From: Isurus oxyrinchus
Lineage: Eukaryota
NCBI GenBank assembly: GCA_026770705.1
Contig: JANJGN010000013.1
Location: forward strand, 57,660,001-57,724,000
Direction of reading: 5' to 3'
DNA: 64,000 nucleotides
Each line of letters opens with the position of its first letter. Positions within the stretch are counted from its first letter, which is position 1. The translations under genes were made by a program, and so were the position numbers. Under the pieces are notes generated by a model. The model worked only from the letters and a program-made list of their open reading frames with translations, did not search any database and was not told where the DNA came from. Below, one piece after another: positions 26,353 to 39,400 of the stretch.

Positions 26353-26702
26353 CGTCTACATTCAGGTTAGTTCCTTTCCCGAAAGTGAATCCCAGCACTG
26401 CTATCCCAGGCGCTGCAATAATAATCAGCGACATCCGCGGCCTGTACATTGGAGATGGTTAATCGCATAACGTTCCGCGACGTGTCCCTGGATCCAGTGA
26501 ACCGATCAGGAATTCCTGAATCTCTGCTGGAATCATAGCCGTTCCAAACATATACAGGGGCACTGCCTCGTTTCTGCCAGTACCAGTTCGTGTAGTTAGC
26601 TGCCCATGCTGCCTCTGGACATGGTGCAAGTGACTGCGACTGTATTTCCCAATAAAGTTGAGATGCTCGCTGGCTGAGTTAGTACAGGACCAGCGTTGGT
26701 AC
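26353..26702 (-). pseudogene. Ig light chain type II germline-joined VJ exon, cluster 2, two +1 frameshifts
   Basis: [34 protein letters not shown] (TAA at 26596-26598); shifted frame [17 protein letters not shown]...GIPDRFTGS...[14 protein letters not shown]; second shift at ~26391; then [13 protein letters not shown]|GTAAGT. Acceptor TTTCACCAG. Missed by the ORF track. Confidence 0.95.
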
Positions 26703-26847
26703 CTGGTGAAATAAAAAGTTACAGTTTAGCGACCCTTCTGTAAACAGTGGGGAATGAGTGTAATTCAGATCTAACCAGCTCAACGACTGCGCCCGATCAG
26801 CTGAACACAAAGAAAATTTTGAAAAAAGATCACAGCCTCGCACTTAC

Positions 26848-26896
26848 ATTGCAAACAAAGCACCAGGGCGGCAAGAACGCGAAGCCACACACACAT
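26848..26896 (-). CDS. leader (signal peptide) exon of cluster 2
   Basis: AAAATG, MCVWLRVLAALVLCLQ, then phase-1 donor T|GTAAGT and a 145-nt intron to the VJ exon. Confidence 0.9.
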
Positions 26897-26970
26897 TTTG
26901 TAGGTTATTATCAAGGTCAGAACAAAGTGTTACCCTACTCGAACCTAATAGTTCGGCAGCTTCCAAACCT

Positions 26971-27041
26971 CTTTTTAAGAACATTTACAACACCGGATAT
27001 CACGTCGCAACTATCATGTATGCAAATTTGTATCACGTCGC
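26971..27041 (-). promoter_or_regulatory. light-chain promoter: octamer and TATA-like box
   Basis: ATTTGCAT on the transcribed strand (27020-27027), the canonical L-chain orientation, ~125 nt upstream of the ATG; TTAAAAA at ~26972-26978. Confidence 0.85.
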
Positions 27042-27381
27042 GGCTATTTATTGGATCCTCGGAATTCTTCTGATTGACGTTTGTAAAAGTGAATCTTAGG
27101 CATTTTTAATACCAAATTAATTCATGACATGCTGACGCTGTTGCGGACAAATTACGTTGTCCATCTTGCCAAGGGGACACTGACTAAGCTCACATGTAAT
27201 TCCATTGGTTCATTATTAACATAGATATTAGGCTATTTAAAATCTATTATATTAATGACCAACTGAAATTCGTGCAAACCTCAAATTGAAAACTACACAT
27301 TACCATTTCACCGAATGGGCTTCCAAAGAATTGAACATTATTCAATTGAAGGAAAGATCAAGCTACAGTGTTAAGTAGGCT

Positions 27382-28976
27382 GCGATGATTACTTCGGTGC
27401 TGCCTCATGCTCTCTCGGGACTTGGAAAAATTTATTAATTTTGCTTCCAATTTCCACCCCTCCATTATTTTCACGTGGTCCATCTCTGACACTTCCCTTC
27501 CCTTCCTTGACCTCTCTGTCTCAATCTCTGGTGATAGACTGTCCACCGATATCCACTACAAACCCACCAACTCCCACAGCTACCTCGACTACAGCTCCTC
27601 ACACCCGGCTTCCTGTAAGGACTCCATCCCATTCTCTCAGTTCCTTCGCCTCCGTCGCATCTGTTCCGATGATGCTACCTTCAAAAACAGTTCCTCTGAC
27701 ATGTCCTCCTTCTTCCTTAACCGAGGTTTTCCACCCACGGTCGTTGACAGGGCCCTCAACCCTGTCCGGCCCATGTCCCACGCATCCGCCCTCACGCCTT
27801 CTCCTCCCTCCCAAAAACATGATAGGGCCCCCCTTGTCCTCACTTTTCACCCCACCAGTCTCCGCATTAAAAGGATCATCCTACACCATTTCCGCCAACT
27901 CCAGCATGATGCCACAACCAAACACATCTTCCCTTCACACCCCCTGTCGACATTCCATAGGGATCGTTCCCTCCGGGACACCCTGGTCCACTCCTCCATC
28001 ACCCCTACTCCTCAACCCCCTCCTATGGCACCACCCCATGCCCACACAAAAGATGTAACACCTGCCCCTTCGCTTCCTCTCCCCTCACCGTCCAAGGGCC
28101 CAAACACTCCTTTCAAGTGAAGCAGCATTTCACTTGCATTTCCCCCAACTTAGTCTACTGCATTCGTTAATCCCAATGTGGTCTCCTCTCCATTGGAGAG
28201 ACCAAACGTAAACTGGGCGACCGCTTTGCAGAACACCTGCGGTCTGTGCACAAGAATGACCCAAACCTCCCTGTCGCTTGCCATTTTAACACTCCACCCT
28301 GCTCTCTTGCCCACATGTCTGTCCTTGGCTTGCTGCATTGTTCCAGTGAATCTCAATGCAAACTGGGGAACAGCACCTCATCTTCCGACTAGGCACTTTA
28401 CAGCCTTCTGGACTGAATATTGAGTTCAACAAGTTTAGATCTTGAACTCCCTCCTCCATCCCCACCCCCTTTCCGTTTCTTCCCCCTCCCTTGTGTTTTT
28501 TTTTTCCAATAATTTATATAGATTTTTCTTTTCCCAGCTATTTCCATTATTTTTAAATATTTTAAAATCTTTTATGCTCCCCCACCCCCACTAGAGCTAT
28601 ACCTTGAGTGCCCTACCATCCATTCTTAATTAGCACATTCGTTTAGATAATATCACCAACTTTAACACCTATGTGTTCTTTTTTTCTGTTGCCTGTGACA
28701 TCTTTTGATGATCTGCTTCTATCACTGCTTGTTTGTCCCTACAAACATACCATCCCCCCCCCCCCCCCCACATCTCTCTCCCCACCCAAACCAGCCCCCC
28801 ATCTCCCGCCCCCACACACGCACCTTAAACCAGCTTATATTTCACCCCTTCCTTGGATTCACCTAGTTCTGTTGAAGGGTCATGAGGACTCGAAACGTCA
28901 ACTCTTTTCTTCTCCGCCGATGCTGCCAGACCTGCTGAGTTTTTCCAGGTAATTCTGTTTTTGTTTTTGTTTTTGT
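27382..28976 (+). mobile_element. Penelope-like element (RT C-terminus, GIY-YIG endonuclease, terminal repeat), 5' truncated
   Basis: Begins at DDYFGA (RT active site). Contains LPFLDL, TDIHYKPTNSHSYLDYSSSHP..CKDSIPFSQFLRLRRICS and NLVYCIR*SQCGLLSIGETKRKLGDRFAEH (GIY-YIG, with a stop). Confidence 0.93.
28865..28903 (+). ncRNA. minimal type I hammerhead ribozyme-like motif in PLE terminus (variant core)
   Basis: AGTT-CTGTTGA-A-GGGTC-ATGAG-GACTC-GAA-ACGT-C-AACT: stem I AGTT/AACT, stem II GGGTC/GACTC, palindromic ACGT stem III, GUC triplet. Confidence 0.7.
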
Positions 28977-30069
28977 TTGCGAGAAGGCTGTTGCATGTCG
29001 CGTATTTCCTTATTAAAGCATCAGTGATTTCGATTCCCTTTCATTTTTATGATTCATTACTCCCTAAGGCGTAATTGATTTTTGAAATCAACCGGGTAAA
29101 TAGCACAATCCTTGATGACATTGTTCTCACGAATAGCGTTTTATTTCATGTTTGAATGGAGAGCGCATTTTGACGAGAATAAATGACATCAGTTTCAATG
29201 TAGTACTGTGGCAGGGGGTGGGATAACAGGTTATTCATTATAGAGGCCTTGGAATCACCAGCTCGCGCGTCCCGCGCTGCTCACAAGCTGCCGTCTCGGA
29301 CCGAGATGATGGAGACTTTCGAGGAGCATTGAGGATTGACTTGTGTCATTGCACAAAGAGCGGGAAATCTGTGAACCAACAAGTTTCGTTCACTTTGAGC
29401 ACGAAGAATGATATTGAAGTGAGTCGCTGCTACTTAGGGCAGTTGGCATTAGAACATTCCATTCCATTCTGCTGTTTCTGCTGCGAGGGAAACATAATAA
29501 GAAGATCTCCAATTGAGCGCGACATTATCATTGTTCAATCATTAAATAATATCATCAGTGAACTCCACAAATCGTTCCAGGTAACATTTCTTAAACCAGC
29601 GATGGGTGTTAAATTTTATATTTCGTCACTTTCTCGCTGTAGAGGGGAAGCTTCCAAATGTTTGACACTCAGGACAGCTGGTCCAATGGAAATTCCGGCA
29701 TCCTTTCACTTACCTACTCTGTCCAAGCACACAGGACCCACCCACGGCTCTAAAGTAGTTATCACACCCTTGCCTCACATACGTACACCACACCGCACAA
29801 TCTCACGCCACACACACATAAATAAACCCCAACCCCCAGCCAACACAGCCCCCTCCACAAAAACCCTCTCCCACACATACCTACTCACAGACAAACTCCT
29901 CTGCACATTACCCTGCCACCGCTCCTCCCCGCACCCTCCGACGCATTCTCCCCAACGCACAACAGCCCCACACAAATTCGCCTCTCACACACCATCACTC
30001 CCATGTATGCTTCACACAAACTATAGTGCTCGCACACACATTTCAGGTTTGCGCGCAACCAGGCAAACT

Positions 30070-31024
30070 TCATCCCCACCACACACTAAGCCACACATGC
30101 ACACTCCCACGCAAAACCATGAAAGCTGCCCCATACATACACACCCCAACGCACCACCCCTCCACACTCTGTCGCCCAACGGACATCAATCCCCTCCCCC
30201 TCCCCCTCAGCCCCTCCACCAGGAACTCTCCCCACCACCCCCAATCCAAGCACACACACCACCCTCCAAGCACACCACCATGCATACCACCATGCACATA
30301 CACTTCCCTTTCACACAGACACATACACAGACACACACACACACACGCATAATCCATCATCACTCATACCCTAACAAGAAGCCAAGGAAAAACAGACAGA
30401 AAAACAGAATATTCACACAATACCAAATTAATTTACCCGCACCCCCATGCACCTCAAACACTGAAAATATGCCAGCCTCCCAAGACGTGCCTACATACAT
30501 ATTTTTTGTCTTGTCCTGTTATCCTACTCTTTTACCTTGTATAACTCATCCCCACCACACACTAAGCCACACATGCACACTCCCACGCAAAACCATGAAA
30601 GCTGCCCCATACATACACACCCCAACGCACCACCCCTCCACACTCTGTCGCCCAACGGACATCAATCCCCTCCCCCTCCCCCTCAGCCCCTCCACCAGGA
30701 ACTCTCCCCACCACCCCCAATCCAAGCACACACACCACCCTCCAAGCACACCACCATGCATACCACCATGCACATACACTTCCCTTTCACGCAGACACAT
30801 ACACAGACACACACACACACGCATAATCCGTCATCACTCATACCCTAACAAGAAGCCAAGGAAAAACAGACAGAAAAACAGAATATTCACACAATACCAA
30901 ATTAATTTACCCGCACCCCCATGCACCTCAAACACTGAAAATATGCCAGCCTCCCAAGACGTGCCTACATACATATTTTTTGTCTTGTCCTGTTATCCTA
31001 CTCTTTTACCTTGTATAACTCATC
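30070..31024. repeat. ~476-bp near-perfect tandem duplication of C/A-rich sequence
   Basis: TCATCCCCACCACACACTAAG at 30070 and 30546; only a few differences; TCATC at all three junctions. Confidence 0.95.
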
Positions 31025-32589
31025 AAAGCATTCAATAAACGAACACATTTTAAGGAGCAGTAGCCCGAACGTGCAGATGTTCTGGCATGTTGTAGTGGGC
31101 ACTTGCTCGCGTTCTTAAGCAAAATTAACCTGTTTCCAATGTATAATGAGACATGAAAGACAGTGTACTGAGGCCACGAGAGTCATTGTGGAGAATGTTA
31201 TCAGAAAGTTTCAAGTGGAGTCGATTATCCCCTAAAGGGCTACAAGGTAAATTTGCTATGTTGAATGTGGAAACTGATTCAGGATAGTGAAGGTTAAAGC
31301 AATGGTATCCTCGGGTGCACAGAGGCACAACAAAGAGTCTGCGAACAATCTCTTAGCTTGGAGTTCATAATGGCAACATGAAAGTTGCCATCTATTTAGT
31401 GGTATAGTCGAATTAACGTTCAATGTCCCGTATGGATATGAGGCATCTGGATGAAAAGATTCGGACACTTTTCCGAACTATCTGCATTCTGTAGTATGCA
31501 GAATATTACTGACCTCAAGCACGTGGTCATAAAGGCCTCTAACCCCAGTATCAACACTTTCAGAAACAGAAATGGTGACCACAGGTACAGAATCTAGAAA
31601 GTCATTTCCACAATTTTGCACGGCTTTATGTGGGGATCCAGGATTGTCAGAGGTGTATTAAAAGGGGAAATTAGGTAAGAATATGAATGAGAAGGAAATA
31701 AGGGAATGAGCAGATAGTGTTCCATGAAGTAGGGATGGGACGTTCATGTGCAACATTATCTCAACTTTCCCACCTGCTCCCATAACTATTGACTCCCTTG
31801 TTGACCTATAAACGGTCAAACTCAACCTTCAATGTAATCAATAACCCAGCCTCCCCCGTTCTATTGTGCACAGAATGCCAACATGAACGATATTCTGAGA
31901 GAATACATTCTCCTTACCTCTGTCTTAAATTGGAGACCCCTTATTTTAAAATGTGTCTCCTAGTTCAAAGCTCTCCACGAAGGGAAAACCTAGCAACATC
32001 CACCCTGTCAATCCCCCTCTGAATCTTATATGCTTCAATGTGATCATTCCCCCATTCTTCTAAACATCCAAAGAGTATAGGCCCAGTCTGCTCAACCTTT
32101 CCTCAGAAGTTCACCTCGTTATCGCAGAAATCAGCCTCGTGAACGTTCACCAAATTGCCTCCAGTGCAGGTATATAACTATTTAATTAAGGAGACCAAAA
32201 CTGTACACAATATTCTAAGTGTGCGTTTACCAATGTTCTGTACAGTTGTAACAAGACTTCGCTACCTTTATACCACAATAAAGGGACCATAGGGAATGTG
32301 AGTTGCGAGGAGAATGCAAAATGGCTTCAAGGCGAAGCAGGCAAGCTAAGAGAATTAGCAAGAACATGGCAATTGGACAATCATTTGGAACACGTGAAAT
32401 TAGCCACTTTGGTCGGAAACAGACTGGTAGGTTCACTAGACTAATCGCAGAGATGGCGGGATTGTTCTATGAGGAGTGATTGAGGACCGCGGGCCTGTAT
32501 TCTCCAGAGTTTAGAAGAATGAGAGGTGATCTCATTGAAGCATACAAAATTCTCACTGGGTTCCACAGGGTAGATGCAGGATGGATGAT

Positions 32590-32742
32590 TCCCCTGGCTA
32601 GTGGATCTAAAAGCAGTGGACTTCCGCCTCCGCTTGCCGCTTGGATCATGCGATCCCGCCGAAAGTCAAAAGGTTATTGGCTGTGCCACCAAATCGCCCA
32701 CGGTAGGTCCCGCCAGTACGGGACCGGAAAATCCCGGCCACA
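32590..32742. mobile_element. GC-rich MITE-like insertion within a CR1 fragment
   Basis: Interrupts CR1 3' sequence. Right end GGACCGGAAAATCCCGGCC is imperfectly complementary to the left end. A related longer element lies at ~52047-52574 (GGAGTGGAATTTT...AAATCCTGCCC). Confidence 0.5.
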
Positions 32743-34393
32743 ATATCAGAAAAACAGGCCGGCCATTTAGCAGTGAGATCAGAAAGGACGTCTTTACTCA
32801 GACGATGGTGAATATTTGAAACTCTCTAATCTAGAGGCTGCGGAGGCTCAGTCATTCAGTATGTTCAAGTCAGAGATCAGAGTTTTTTGCTTAACATTAA
32901 AGATAACAAGCGATATGGAGATAGTGCAGGAACATGGCGCTGACATTGATCAGCCATGATCTAGTTGAATGGTGAAGCAGGATCGAGAGGCCGAATGGTC
33001 TAATCATACTCCTATTTCCTATGTTCATATTTTCCTTCGTATCTGAGAAATAAAATCAAAACATTTCTTTCTGCTGAGAGAATAGCGGTTATTGCAGGAA
33101 CAAAGGGATTCTTGCTTTTGTTTTCGTTCTTGGCATTTCAGCGTCGCGAGTGAAGCGAGGGTTTTTTGCCCAACCTCTTGAGGTCGTAGAGGTTGCAGGT
33201 TTGAAAGCTGCTGTAAGAGGAAACTTGGCGAGTTACTGCAGTGCATTTTATAGATGGTACACACTGTCGGCACTGTACACTGGCACGAGAGGGTGTAAAT
33301 ATTTAAGATCGTAACTGGGGCGCCAGTCTAGTGAATTGCTTCATCCTAGCTAATGTTGAGATTCTGGATTGTTGCTGTGGAGGATATTCTACCACATTCC
33401 TGACTGTGCCTTCTAGATTTTGGGCAAGCTTTGGGGAGTCAGGAGGTAAGCGAGTCGCCACTGAATACTCAACCTCTGATCTGCTCTTCTAAACCTCAGT
33501 ATTTATATTGTTGGTGCAGTTAAATTACTGGCTAATGAAACACACCGAATGATGTTGTTGGTTATTCAGGTGAATGTCGAGGAAAAAAGGTTAGATTATG
33601 TCTTGTTGGAGATACTCGTTTCCTTGCATTTTGTAGTAATTGTTAATTACCACTTAACAACCCAAATCTGAATCCAAGTTTGCTGCATGTGGGCATGGGT
33701 GGCTTCAGCATCTGAGGAGTTATGAATGGTACAGAACACAATGCAATCATTAGTGGAACACCCGGATTCTGATTTTATGTTAAATTCATTTACGGAGCAC
33801 GTGAAGATGGTTGGCCGAGGACACAGCCATTGTGGACTATTGTAGCAATATCCTGGACCTGGGGCCATTGGCATCATCCACCCACAACCATTATCCTTTG
33901 TGCTGGGTACGTTTCCAATCAGTAGAGATTCCCCCCCCCCCCCCACAACCCAACCCACCCCAACCCCCACCCCCACCCCTTTCCCCCACTTCATTGCCAT
34001 TGACTTCCATGATGCTTGGGCTCCCTCTAAGAAAAGCAGCCTTCATGTCAAGGGCAGTCGTTCTCACTTAATCTCTGGAATTCAGCTCTTCTTCAAAATC
34101 ATTGGACTGAGGAAGCAATGAGCTGTGAGCTACGTGGCCTCAGCAGAACCCAACTGAGCATCAGTGAACAGATTGTTCAACTGTAAGTGCCACAGGGTAG
34201 CACTGTAGTACATTTTTACACTCAAAAGTGTTATATCAATTGGCAATTATGAGCTGATAGATCGTCATCTTGAATGTCCACCCGTCCTCAACCTCAATGT
34301 TATCTATACATCTGCTGAGTAATTTCAAAGCAGCAACAAGTAACTTGGAACTTGGTTGGTATCGATCAGCTCGAAGACGATGATCATATCATC

Positions 34394-34520
34394 TTTTTTC
34401 GAAAAATATACTTTATTCATAAAATATCTGAAAGAACATTACAGAACATTTCTAAATGGCCATCACAAAAAGTACAATCAGATTCAACGTTTGCACATGG
34501 ATCACAAGGCGCTTCAATCC
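34394..34520 (-). mobile_element. short 3'-end copy of the Tx1-like LINE
   Basis: CTTTATTCATAAAATATCTGAA...CATCACAAAAAGT...CACATGGATCA matches 5603-5710. Confidence 0.85.
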
Positions 34521-35117
34521 AATCAATGTGTCATTTGCTTCTGCACCAGTAGATGGAATAGTTGCACTGCATATGTTTGGTATAAAAAGGAACGTGAGTG
34601 ACATTTCTTTCCCAGTAAAAATAGGAAAAAGCTGTGGTTAAATAAGTTACTGTTTTTCAAAATAAAGCAATCAAACAGCTAATTTGTATCCACATTAGCT
34701 ATAATTTTTCACATAACTCACTGAAACATCATAAATTGTCTTTCATTAATATTCCCTGTTGCTTAGGTTTGGCCTGTGCCATAACGACAGAATCTAAGCC
34801 ATGTATTGATCTGAATCACACTAAATTAATCTATAATAGTAAGACATCATCTTGTACTTTAAGTTATTCATCATTGTTTTATATAGGAAGTTCTACAGGT
34901 TCGACACGTAACGTCCAATATGAAGCTGCTATCTCTAAATTTGCTCCCTTACTGTTGCCTCTATACTAATCAGCGCAAAATACAGATTAATCATGCCAAC
35001 CGGTTAATGTATTATATTCAACTTGGCCCTATATTATCAAACAATCAGCAGGCGTGAGTCTATTTTTTACTGGATAACATCGCGCGAAGGAAATTTTACG
35101 CCAAACTCTGTTTTTCA

Positions 35118-35965
35118 CAGTATCACAGGATTTTTACAGTGTAGAAGGGAACCATTTGGCCCTTGCGTCTGCACTGGCTCTCTAAAAGTGCATTCCATCT
35201 CGTGCCACTCCCCTGCCTTATCCCTATAACCTCACACATTCTTTCTTTTCAGATAGCAATCCAATTTCTTTTTGAATACCTGGATCAAATCTGCCTCCAC
35301 CACCCTCTAAGGAAGTTCATTCCATACTCCAGCCATACTCTGTGTGATAAATGTTTTCTTCACATCACTTTTACTCCTTTCGCCAATTATTTAGGATTTG
35401 TGCTCTCTAGTTCTTGATGCTGTCTTAAGTGGGAAAATGTTCTCACTATTTGCCCTGTCCATACCCCTCAGGATCTTGAATACCTCTATCAAGTCTCCTC
35501 TCAGCCTTTTCTCCAAGGAAAACAATTCCAACCCCTCCAACCTATCTTCATAGCTACAGTTCTTTATCACTGGAATTGTAATTGTGAATCTCCTCTGTAC
35601 TCCCTCCAATGCCTTGACATCCTTCCTCAAGTATGGTGCCAGGAACTGAATGGAATACAGAAGATGAGGCCTAACTCGTGACTTAAACAAGTTCAACATG
35701 ACCTCCTTACTCTTGTATTCAATACCCCTATAAATAAAACCTAAGATAATATATGCTTTATTAACTGTTCTCTCAACATGCCCTGCCATCTTCAATGGCC
35801 TATGTATGTGTACACCGAGGTCCCTCTGTTCCTGCACCTGCTTTAGGGCTCCCTTTATTTTATGCTGCCTCTCCATATTCTTCCTGCCAAAATGAATCAC
35901 CTCACATTTCTCTGTCTTGGATTCCACTTGTTGTATGTCTGCCCAATCCACCAATATGTCTCTGT
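35118..35965 (-). mobile_element. CR1-type LINE 3' fragment
   Basis: ORF 35391-35954: KCEVIHFGRKN...RDLGVH...LRGDLIEVFKI. Confidence 0.9.
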
Positions 35966-36246
35966 CTTTGAAGGAGTCAGGGCCCCAAAACCGACCCCTG
36001 CAGAACTCTACTATAATCCTCCCTTCAATCCGAAAAACAACAATTTATGAACATAAGAACATTAGAAATAGGAGCTCAAGTAGGCCATTCGGCCCCTCGA
36101 GCCTGCTCCACCATGCAATAAGATTTTGGTTGATCTCTTTGTGTTTCGGATTCCACATTCCCATCTACCCGGATAACCTTTATTTTCCTTGCCTAACAAG
36201 AATCTATCTACCTTCACCTTAAAAATATTCAATGACCGCGCATACA

Positions 36247-36248
<2 letters not shown>

Positions 36249-36295
<47 letters not shown>
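36249..36295. repeat. (GT)n microsatellite followed by a G-run
   Basis: Seen directly. Confidence 0.98.
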
Positions 36296-36297
<2 letters not shown>

Positions 36298-36469
36298 GGG
36301 GGGGGGGGGTGGAGGGTGGGTTGGGGGGGTGTGAGTGAAAAGGAGCAATTTATTATAATGATACCAGTGCTGTGAGATTTTAGTTACGACTGAACAAGGA
36401 TAAATTTCGTTCCACAAGAAACTTATGGAATTTTCTGATGAAAATGTCAGAATTATAAACCATTCTAAC

Positions 36470-39400
36470 GCAGCAAGATGAAAAGAAATAATTTGGTTAT
36501 CCAGTAACTTGAGGAAATAAGTTGAATGTCATTGCTAAAAGGGTGAAGAGACAGGAAATAATACTTATATTACCAAAAGAACTGATAGGACTGCAGTGTC
36601 CTAGCTGTAAGACTGAGGCCCATTTAATCTGGGCAGGTGGTGGTGGCATAGTGGTAGTATTCACTAGACTAGTAATCTCAGGGACCCCGGGTAATGCTCT
36701 GGGGTACCTGGGTTCAAATCCCACCACAGCAGATGGATTCAATAAAAATCTGGAGTTAAAAGTCTGGTGATGACCACGAAACCGTTGCCAATTGTAAGAA
36801 CCATCTGGTTCATTAATGCCCTTTAGGTAATGAAACCTGCTGTCCTTACCTAGCCTACATGTGACTCCAGAACCACAGACCCTTATACACCCTCTAAACA
36901 TGGCCTAGCCAGCGACGCTCACATCCCATCTCCAAGAACGGGAAAAAAAAACATAAAAGTGAAGTATATTAGGCTTTGAAAAAGCGAAGCAAATGAATGA
37001 AGTGGACAGGTCTTTCAAAGGGTGCAGTCGGCCTCCTCATGTGCTCTGAGATTCTATGGTCATTTGAATCCCAAAGGGTTTATTAGATTGGAGTATACCC
37101 TGCCCTCATAGCCCCGCTCACAGGCTAAACGCGTAAATCCATTTCTTTCACACGATGCTGCTTTCATTCAACTGAAAGTACGACCGTGATTTGATTAGGC
37201 TGCAGGATAGTGTGGCGATTTGCTGCAACTCTGGCTCCGTCTTCAAATTTCATGAAGCATCTCAGTTCTACCTTAATCCCCGGTGACTACAGTAACCACG
37301 ATGTTGCACTAGCCTCAGCTGTTGATAATGATCAACACTGAGAGAATTTCTGCATCAGCGAAGTCCATTTTCTTAATAAGTCACGGGTCCATTACTGTCC
37401 GCCCAATTGTGCGGCCATATATCGGAATGGGTTTTCAGATCTTCGTCCCTGTTTTTGTGCTCACTCAGTTGCACTTTGCTGCTGAACCTGTGGTTAGTGT
37501 CAGTGAGAGGGGTAATATACAGAAAAGCTGACACTGTCCCTCTTTAACTTCGTTATTCCGCTGCATCAGAGTGAAATTGGCCAAGCTGCGGGATGCAACA
37601 GAAAAATACAGGAAAACGCCCTTTTTTGTTACTTGTTTCATCAGAGTATGTCTTGTACAAATGCCAATCGAAAGCATTCGTGTTTTGACAATATTGTAAA
37701 TTGATAATTTACGGTATCGCTCTATAACTCCACGGGACTCCAGATATTTCGGTGTCACAATTTTCAGCTAAAATCCGTATTATTCCGGGCGATTTTCCTA
37801 ATGGGAGCTGACTGATTACTGGCACTTTCAGCCTCCAAATTTTAATGCAAGGGAAAGCAAGGCGGCGTTGTATTATCCGAGGCGAAACCCTTAGGATGTC
37901 TTTAGTGTGTTAGACAGGCAAACCTGGCATTGGTGAGACACACCGATGTGGCTGACACCGTATCTCACCGCTAGAATTCATTGTAGAGGCTCAAACTCTA
38001 TCTAATTGAGAATAAATGCTTTAGTCCTTACGGCAGATTACGTAATCCATTTTACCGAGTGTTTGCAAGTGGTGCTTCGCGGTGCGAACGGTTATTTAAA
38101 AGTACAAGAAATGTTGGCAGTCAGTCCTGCTTCGATATTCTTACACTGGGTTATATTTCATTGTCACTCTCATGAGAACAATTTTTGTAATAAAAACAAT
38201 AAAAAAGGAACAAGATTGCGTTGGTATAGCACCCACAACAACCTTCTGACACCTGAAGTGCTTCTCAGTCAGTAAGTACTTTGTAAGTACAGTCAAAGTA
38301 CGAAAGCTGGCATCTTGGTTGAACACAGGGCTAGAGTCCCACAAACAGCAATGTGGTAATCAGCAGTTTGCTTTAGCGATGTCGGTTAAGGGATACCTAT
38401 AGGCCATGATAGGTTTGGATTTATTATTTGCATATTGAGGTTACTGTTGGGATATTATTATCCAATATGGAGCAAATCGTTTACAATAGCAGAAGTTATT
38501 TGGTGAAAACCATTTCTTTCTCGCGAAAACGTATCTTTTGTCTGACACTAGAGATGTCTCCAAACAGCATACTTCGGATGTGATACAAGAGTCTTCTGAG
38601 ATTTTTCACTTTATCCTCTGCGCCTTATGCGCGGGAAATGTGCAAACTTTAACTGGGCTAAGCGGCCGCGGTAGAAAATGTGCAGAAATACAAATATTAA
38701 TCTAATTACTACCTCCGCCAAAAGGAGTGCAAAACAGCAGAGAACAGCAGCAACGAAGGTTAATAACAGATTGATTCGAATCGAGTTTATTTTATTCGTT
38801 CGTTAGATGTGGGCGCCGCTGGCAGGGCCAGCATTTAATGCCCATCCCTATTTGCCCTTGAGAATGCGGCGGTGAACTGTGTTCTTGAACTGCTGCAGTC
38901 CAGGTGTTGTAGGAACACCCACACTGCTGTTAGGGTGGGCGTTACAGGATTTTGAACCAGCGACAGTGAAGGTGCGTCGATATAGTTCCAAATCAGCATG
39001 GTGAGTGGCTTGGAGGGCAACTTGCAGGTGGTGGTGTTCCCATGCATCTGTTGCCCTTGTCTTGCTAGGTGTCAGAGGTCGCGGGTTTGGAAGGTAAATA
39101 TTGTAAAAATCCTTGCTGTCAGCATTGGCTCTAAACTTGTCCCAAGTTCTGATTTATTGGTTTTTACATTCAGTTCCTGTGACAGACTGCACCAGACGAG
39201 TTTATTTGGATACAAGACTGTACTTCCGTTTTTTTTTTGTGTGACGTGTTTAATATTTTCTGACTTTAAGACTTTTCATCTGTTCTCTTGCATAAAAAAT
39301 ACAAGCACCTTCTCTGGCTGCAAACTCCCTAGAGTTGTGGATCTCAGTTCTTGTTCAATTTAGACTAATAATGTTCAGTTCAATTAAAACCCTCACAGGT

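Noticed and set aside
29329-31038. 569-aa His/Pro/Thr-rich ORF
   Set aside because: Stays open because the C/A-rich low-complexity DNA lacks stops. It crosses a 476-bp (non-triplet) duplication, has no ATG start and no recognisable domain.
38426-38433. Octamer in the cluster 3 intron (also isolated octamers at ~13754 and 42153)
   Set aside because: Not conserved in the paralogous intron of the intact gene; single hits are expected in AT-rich DNA.
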